From: Eledone cirrhosa
Lineage: Eukaryota
NCBI GenBank assembly: GCA_964016885.1
Contig: OZ024743.1
Location: 16,306,001-16,370,000 of the forward strand
Reading direction: 5' to 3'
DNA: 64,000 bases
Positions within the stretch are counted from its first letter, which is position 1. Each line of letters opens with the position of its first letter. The translations under genes were made by a program, and so were the position numbers. The notes under the pieces are model-generated. The model saw only the letters and a program-made list of their open reading frames with translations. It was not told where the DNA came from and searched no databases. Positions 57,265 through 64,000 of this stretch are shown piece after piece.

Positions 57265-58080
57265 AAAAGAAAAATCAGTGATGCATCTGAACCCAATTTA
57301 TTGTGTGTTACAATTGTTTCGCCGGCAGACAGCTCGAGACACGACCATTGTGTGGATCTGTCTGATTCTGGATCCGCAGTTTCAACGGACATGCCTAATG
57401 ATTTCGGAGCAAATTCTTTCACTGGGGTGTTAGCGTCAAAAACATCCTCTTCGCGCGTCCTGTTATTGGCTGCTGTTTTTCTACCTCATCATAATTTTGA
57501 CCAACAGGTATCATTAGGCTGACCATCAGCTGTCCCGTTTCTGCCACACTTCGATAAATTACTGCTGGGTTTTGTAGTTCACACGTCCACGCGCACATTA
57601 TCTCTCTCTCACACACACACACACACACAATCACATAGATAACAACACCCGTACGCATAGACTCCCGCTATACACACACATTTAAGGAGAACATATAAAC
57701 CTATACACATACACAGACGCCTGCCTAAATGACCATATACATCAACACACACACACACCACAGGCGTACACACATGCATACGCGTATATAAACCCTTATA
57801 CACAAACACGTACAGACATATACATATACACCCGTCCCCCTTTTTTCCCTTTCCCCCCATTCACACGCACATACACACACGTGTCCATATATACAGGCAC
57901 AGATACAGACTCGCTCGAAAACACACAAACATACATACATATATACACACAAACAAGCCCTTTCCCTACAGTGCGTTCTTGTACACACACACACACTGTC
58001 TCATATACACCCTAACAACTATGCGCATATTCACATACTGTCACACACACGCCAAACAAAGATACATACATATATAAATA
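57265..58080 (-). mobile_element. Second, more diverged copy of family L repeat
   Basis: Colinear with 41455-42470. GAAACAATTGTA is retained, and the 5' core has decayed to CCGTTGA. Confidence 0.7.
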
Positions 58081-58220
58081 TATGTGTATATATATATATA
58101 TATATTAATAAAAGGATTTCCAACATCGTCTGATTTACTCGTTTTATTTACAATCCTTTAAAATGTATAATGGTATTAGAATGAAATACTATGGTAGAAT
58201 ATTAAATGTTAAGTGTTAAT

Positions 58221-58259
58221 TGAACAAGTACTTTCATGCTTTCGCAATCTTCAGGTTCA
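58221..58259 (-). ncRNA. Minimal type-I hammerhead (family I)
   Basis: UGAAC CUGAAGA UUGC GAAA GCAU GAA AGUACU U GUUCA. Confidence 0.82.
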
Positions 58260-58639
58260 TAATGTGTGGTGACAGTCAAGTTTGCAATGTTCAACTGTAA
58301 TGTGATGGGTAAATTTTGTGCCTTATATACAGTGAAAAGTGGCCTCAGAATGCTAAATCTTGCAAACTGTATTTCGACCAATCGGTGTGTAGTTTCACTG
58401 GATTACTAAAGCTGATTGGTTTAGGCGTCACGGTTGGTTGAGCATGTCTAACGACTACTAATTGACCCTATCCAAAGCATCAATTGTTTTGCTATTTTTA
58501 GAAATGATGAAAATAGCATTTTATAGTAATCATCACGTCAACATTACTTTATTATTATTATTATTATTGTTGTTGTTGTTGTTAGTGGTCGTAGTCATAG
58601 CCATAGTAGGAGACCCCATTATTATTATTCATTTAGCTT

Positions 58640-59060
58640 GGGTTTGAATTTATCAATAACATTCTTTTCTTTGATTTTTCTCTTGATTTCACTTGGGCAG
58701 TGTAATTTGTAGAATGGGAATATTATAAATATTCGCTAACGATATCTGACGGACATTTGGGTCTCTGATTTGCTGTCGCTGTACCCGTGCACGTTCCGAT
58801 AGTGCATTTCCAGTTTGAGCGACATATAGTTCTTCACAATTCGGGCATTTAATGCAGTACATTAGATTTCTGCTTTTGCAGTTCATATTTGCATTTGGGA
58901 ATATTTTTCCTGTTTTTGTTTTCATATATTGACCGGCGTGTATGGATTGACATGTGCCACATCGAATATCATTGCATTTAGATACAGTGAATGATTGGTC
59001 TTTGTTGTTAAGGTCAAACTTTGCTTTTGTTAGTAATTGCTTCAAATGTTTCTGCCGTCG
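58640..59060 (-). pseudogene. GIY-YIG endonuclease fragment of a Neptune-like PLE
   Basis: KCNDIRCGTC...NCKSRNLMYCIKCPNCEELYVAQTGNALSERARVQRQQI. Confidence 0.85.
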
Positions 59061-59162
59061 TGGTCCTGCCTCATTTCCTATTACCCACTCTACTACCCAA
59101 CATATCGAGTATTCTGGTGCGCTATGGTCCACCTCGTTCCCTACCTCACTACCTTCGTTACA
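59052..59162 (+). mobile_element. PLE family A-like pLTR tail
   Basis: TTCCTATTACCCACTCTACTACCC...ATGGTCCACCT...CCTTCGTTA followed by (TA)n. Confidence 0.8.
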
Positions 59163-59470
59163 TATATATATCTAACCGTTTAACTTTCGCTCCCTCCACA
59201 CTCTTTATTTTCCCCTCTTTATGAATCATTTTCCAGTGGCTATCACTGGCTGTTATGATTCGTGAGACGTTTTCCTAGATATATTGTAGTATCATACACT
59301 TTAAAATTCTAGAACCCTTACAGTATGCAACGTTTTTTATTACTCACACAGTCTCTAATGAATTTATTACGTTTTCGCATTTTCTCATAGATAGGATATA
59401 AGTTAAATTTTCTATCGGGTTAATCACTACTTTGATTAAATCTTAACCATTTAACATCTCAGGGTATGTC

Positions 59471-59533
59471 ATTATATTTTGTCTGATGAGGACGTACTGT
59501 TGTACATCCGAAATATGTATAATAAAATGTAAT
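59471..59533 (+). ncRNA. Type-I hammerhead (family J)
   Basis: AUUAUAUUUUGU CUGAUGA GGACGUAC UGUU GUACAUCC GAAA UAUGU AUA AUAAAAUGUAAU. Confidence 0.85.
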
Positions 59534-59787
59534 TGATCAAAAGAAGATCTATTGTATTAATACTTATATTTTAATAATTATATATATATATATATATATA
59601 TATTTATAAAAAAGGACAGATTAAAGTTTAATCAAAGAATCGCTGCTTTCACTCTTAACGGGATCTTCTTTGCTTAAACTTTAATCTGTTATTTTAATAA
59701 ATATTTGCTCTACGGTTCTTATATATTTGATATATATTTAAACTTATCGAGCCCTCTTTGGATTTTAGTCCTCAAATTTATAATTAT

Positions 59788-59825
<38 letters not shown>

Positions 59826-59985
59826 GCTAACAAAATATCGTTATAGATAATCAAATTAGAGGTTGTGAATACTTTTTATTATGGATAGTTTTAGCGTACA
59901 GCGTTGCTTGACTCAACAATAGGTTTACGTATATGACGAGTTTATGATTTCACTTGTTTTCCAATGTAAGTTTATCTTGGAGTAA

Positions 59986-60169
59986 TAACTGTTTCTACTT
60001 TAGGCACAAGGCCAGCAATCACCCAGTGCATTACTGGTACTTTATTTTATCGACCCCGTAAGGATGAAAGGCAAAGTCAACCTCGGCGGGATTTGAACTC
60101 AGATCATGGGACGTAACTATGCTGGAAAGCATGGCGTCCGACCCTCTACCGATACTCCCAATCCACCGC
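59986..60169 (-). mobile_element. tRNA-SINE, near full length
   Basis: A box, B box and core match the other copies. Confidence 0.85.
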
Positions 60170-60194
60170 ATTGAGTGGCATATCTTGGAGTAAT

Positions 60195-62022
60195 AACATT
60201 GAAAAACATGTTTAACATACAAAAAAGGGGATTTATTTGCAGTCTAACAATTGTTTCACTGATAAATTTGTCTAAAAATTGCTTAACACTAAAAGCAATG
60301 CCACTCAATTTTAAATACGATGTTAGCTCGATCAGATCTTCGGAAACTGTTAAAAAAATATAAATGTAACCGGTAAATTCAAATTTCATCATCAATAATA
60401 ATATTAATAATACAGATATATAGAGAACAGGAGGAAGAAAGGGAGATAGATACAGTAAAGAAACAAAGGAAAGGAAGGAGAAAGAAGAAAAAGGAAAAAG
60501 TAAAAGGAAAAGAGAAAGAAGTAAAAGGAGAAATTATTATAGATAAAATATAAAGAGAAGATATAGAGAAGATGATGGTTGACAGAGGAGAGACAAACAT
60601 AAGTAGAGATAACGTAGGATAGAAAGAAGAATAGAGGGACAAATAAAGGAAAAAACGTTAATACATGAATAAATGTAAATAAAAATAAAAATAGATATAT
60701 TAAAAATATATGAAAAAATATATACAAAATTGATAAATATATAAATAAATAAATAAATGACATCTAATGTGGTATAAAATGGTATAAAATGTGAAAAATG
60801 AAGATTAAAATAAATTCGTAAAAGAAGTAAAAATGTGCGAAGAATATTTAAACATATTAAAATTATTGTGAATGGTTTTTGAGAATAGTTAAAATATATG
60901 GAGAGAGATTAAGGTGAAAATATGATAATGTTAAATATATTCATGTGTGTATTGGTTATTTTAATAAATAAATAAATTAATTAGTTTTAAGTTATATTAT
61001 ATGATTAAATAAAATGACCAGATGAAATAAATTTAGGGAGAGAAATATAAAGATAGAGAGTGAAAGGTAGAGATATATAAAATAAGAATGTAAATATAAG
61101 AGGTTTTGATGTTGTTCTTTTTTAGATGATGATAATTATAATTATATACATAATTATCATGCTGATAATGTGATATCATAAGAGATCCAAGTGGTACAAC
61201 CTGGGTTATGGAATAGATGAGGTGGAATTAAGCTGGTTTAAAGTCCTCAAATTTAGTCGCCGATTTATGTCGACAAAAAATAGTTCTTTCAATTTTACTG
61301 TGCAGAAGAATTGTGTTGTAATTTAAAATTCGGAAATGTTCCATATTAACTAGACAACAGTGGGACCTACCAATTTGATAGGCCTTTTGATAGCTTTGTC
61401 CAGCTGATTTTATATTCCATGTTTGCATCTTTGAGTTGCCAGATTTTATTGGCGAGAATCGTTGTATTTAAGAGATTCCTGTTAGTCATAGAGTGTCTAT
61501 GTACGTAACACCTTTTCTTAAACTCCCCAGCTGTGGAACCAATGTAATGCCATGCTAAGCTACCTGAATTTATAGTACATACATATACCATATTTGTCTC
61601 TAGGCATCTATTTTGTAAAGGGCATTTATCAGGTAGTCTACCATCATCTTCTATATATCTTCTCGTTATATTTTTATCTATAATAATTTCTCCTTTTTCT
61701 TCTTCTTTCTCTTTTTCTTTTTCTTTTTCTTTGTCCTTCCTCTTCTTTCTCCTTCCTTTCCTTTCTTTCTTTACTCTCTATATCTTTATTATTAATATTA
61801 TTATTGATGATGTAATTTGAATTTGTAAATTTGCCGGTTACATATATATTTCTTTAACAGTTTCCGAAGATCTGATCGAGCTAACATTGTATTTAAAATT
61901 CAGTGGCACTGCTTTTAGTGTTCAGCAATTTTTAGACCACTTTATCAGTGAAACAATTATTAGACTGCAAATTAATCCCCTTTTTTGTACTGTTGACCAT
62001 GTTATTCTCCACCTTTTCAATG

Positions 62023-62025
<3 letters not shown>
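60195..62025. mobile_element. Fold-back PLE (family K) with inverted arms, HHRs and a GIY-YIG remnant
   Basis: 60195-60520 is inverted relative to 61690-62025. HHRs at 60240-60349 (-) and 61858-61967 (+): CAGUUU CCGAAGA U CUGAU...AUCAG U GAA ACAAUUGU U AGACUG. Confidence 0.85.
61228..61640 (-). pseudogene. Naiad-like PLE GIY-YIG endonuclease remnant
   Basis: KCPLQNRCLETNMVYVC..HYIGST.GEFKKR..H..TTILANKIWQLKD..ISW..AYQIG..CCL..E..CRHK. Confidence 0.85.
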
Positions 62026-62060
<35 letters not shown>

Positions 62061-62350
62061 CCAACGAGTGTGTGGGATCAGGGCATGTGTGTATGTGTGT
62101 GTGATTTTATGCAGGTGACCATTTCTGTAGAGCCATTAAAATGAACCTTAAAAATAAGGAGTGGGCCCACCCACTGTGAACCTGTCTATACACACTTAGT
62201 TGGAATTTTTTCTGCCTTTCTTTTCTAAATATAGTTTTTAAAGAATTCATTTTCTTTAAATCTATCAACCAATGAACTCAATCCATCCCAATCACCTCCC
62301 TCTCCTACCAGCAGAAAAGGTATAAATACCACCACATTACTTGGACAGTC

Positions 62351-62401
62351 GGCTTCCTGATGATTTCTCCCGAATGAAAGAGTTCTAGTCCTGTAGAAAC
62401 C
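62351..62401 (+). ncRNA. Type-I hammerhead (family B) in a pLTR-like island 62060-62490
   Basis: GGCUUC CUGAUGA UUUCUCCCGAAU GAAA GAG UUCUAGUC CUG UA GAAACC. CCAAT (about 62269, 62289) and TATAAATA (62321) lie upstream. The downstream flank matches 7930-8020 inverted. Confidence 0.75.
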
Positions 62402-62964
62402 ATTTCTATATTAAATATTTATAATCTGCTATACACTGAATACCATACTTACTATGGTTACCCCCGATTGAACCCGTGATAAACTTATCTATCCATCTAT
62501 CTATTTATATATAGAGATATTTATTTTCATTTATATTTATATATATGCATATTAATCTAGGTATCACAACATATATAATATGTATGATCCTTCTGTTTCG
62601 CGGTAGAAGATCTCAATGGACATTTGACCAAATTATCAATAATTCAAATTAAAAGATATATTGATATACACACACATACCTATATAGAAACATACACGTA
62701 CACACACAGAGACATAAATTATGATGGGTGGTTCTGTTGAATTTGGAATTCGTGACAAATAAAAAAGAATACTGTTTATAGTAAGATTCTTTGACCATTT
62801 TTTGTAGCTACAGTGAGAGGGTGGCCACATTAGTAGTAATGATAATAATGGCCGGAGCGGTAACTGTCCTAGAATAACAATATTGAGAACTATGAAGCTC
62901 GGAGTATTATTAAAAATAAATACAGTAAGTTACTTAATATAAATAACGACAATAACCATAAATA

Positions 62965-63138
62965 TTGTTTCTACTTTTGGCACAAGGCCAGCAATTATCA
63001 GTGAATTACTGGTACTTTATTTTATCGACCCCGTAAGGATGAAAGGCAAAGTTAACCTCGGCGGGATTTGAAGGGACGTAACTCTATGCGTCAAAGCATG
63101 GCGTCCGACCCTCTATCGATACTGCCAATCTACCGCCC
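62965..63138 (-). mobile_element. tRNA-SINE, near full length
   Basis: Matches the other copies. Confidence 0.85.
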
Positions 63139-63642
63139 TTAAACATAATAATAACATCCATAACCATAATAACCATAATAATAATCTCCATAATAAAGTA
63201 TCGATAACATTAATTTATGTTACAATAAATTATGAATGTTGTTTAATATTATACTTATTTTATAAAAAATAACAATGTTGAGAAGAGGATAGTGATAAAG
63301 TTTATTAAAAAATAGTGTGTAGGACACTCAGGACCTCTTTACGGAACCTCTAGCATACAAACATACTAAACAAAATGCACAAGTGAATACTTCTACACAT
63401 ACATAGACACACACGTGCGCACATGCTTACATATAAACATAGGCATACAAGAACGCACATATGGCAGATATACACGCACACATACATACACACACACGCA
63501 CACATGCACACATATATAGATATATACACCTAATCAAATATACGTACACCCGGCATAATTTACATACACATATATAGGCTACATATACTTACAAAAATAC
63601 AGAAACATATTCTATTGAAACACAGATATATACACACACCTG

Positions 63643-63676
<34 letters not shown>

Positions 63677-64000
63677 ATATATGTGTTTGTGTGTGTGTGC
63701 GTGTGTTCATTAGAATAACAGAAATAAAGAAGAAAGCTTCAGAGCATTTAATCCCAAATTTTGTGAATGAAATTGAATATATTGTAATTCTATAAACGTC
63801 GTTCAACTGTACCTATTTATGTTAGATAAATCTGTTCAGGCACCTAATTCAACAACACTACAAAGCGCTTGAGCCCCAGTATTGCAGTACAATCTGTTTC
63901 ACATATTTGAACGTCGTATCCTGTTTATAGATACAACATGTGCCGGTATTTCTATCCTTCACCAGACCAAGAAGTATGTTCTCAAACCTATTGTATGAAG

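Overview
AT-rich, microsatellite-saturated eukaryotic DNA. The repeat content suggests a coleoid cephalopod (Octopus-like); this is inference. I can support no host protein-coding gene, and most listed ORFs are translations of (TA)n/(CA)n/(GA)n. The window is a dense mobile-element landscape. It holds a full-length Tx1/L1-clade LINE (29781-35596, intact 1145-aa ORF2, TSD in a TAGA microsatellite), a 3' fragment of a second Tx1, and decayed RTE, CR1-group and RLE (R4/Dong-like) LINE pieces. It also holds two non-autonomous Helitrons, a hAT MITE, about 10 tRNA-derived SINE copies and many Penelope-like element (PLE) derivatives. The main unannotated signal, found by manual folding, is about 21 type-I hammerhead ribozyme (HHR) motifs from about 12 sequence families. 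Many have palindromic dimer-type stem III, a U·U base on stem II, or variant cores (UUGAGAA, CCGAAGA). They sit mostly in fold-back insertions within (TA)n tracts, plus one retrozyme-like ~425-bp unit. Coordinates of decayed repeats are approximate.
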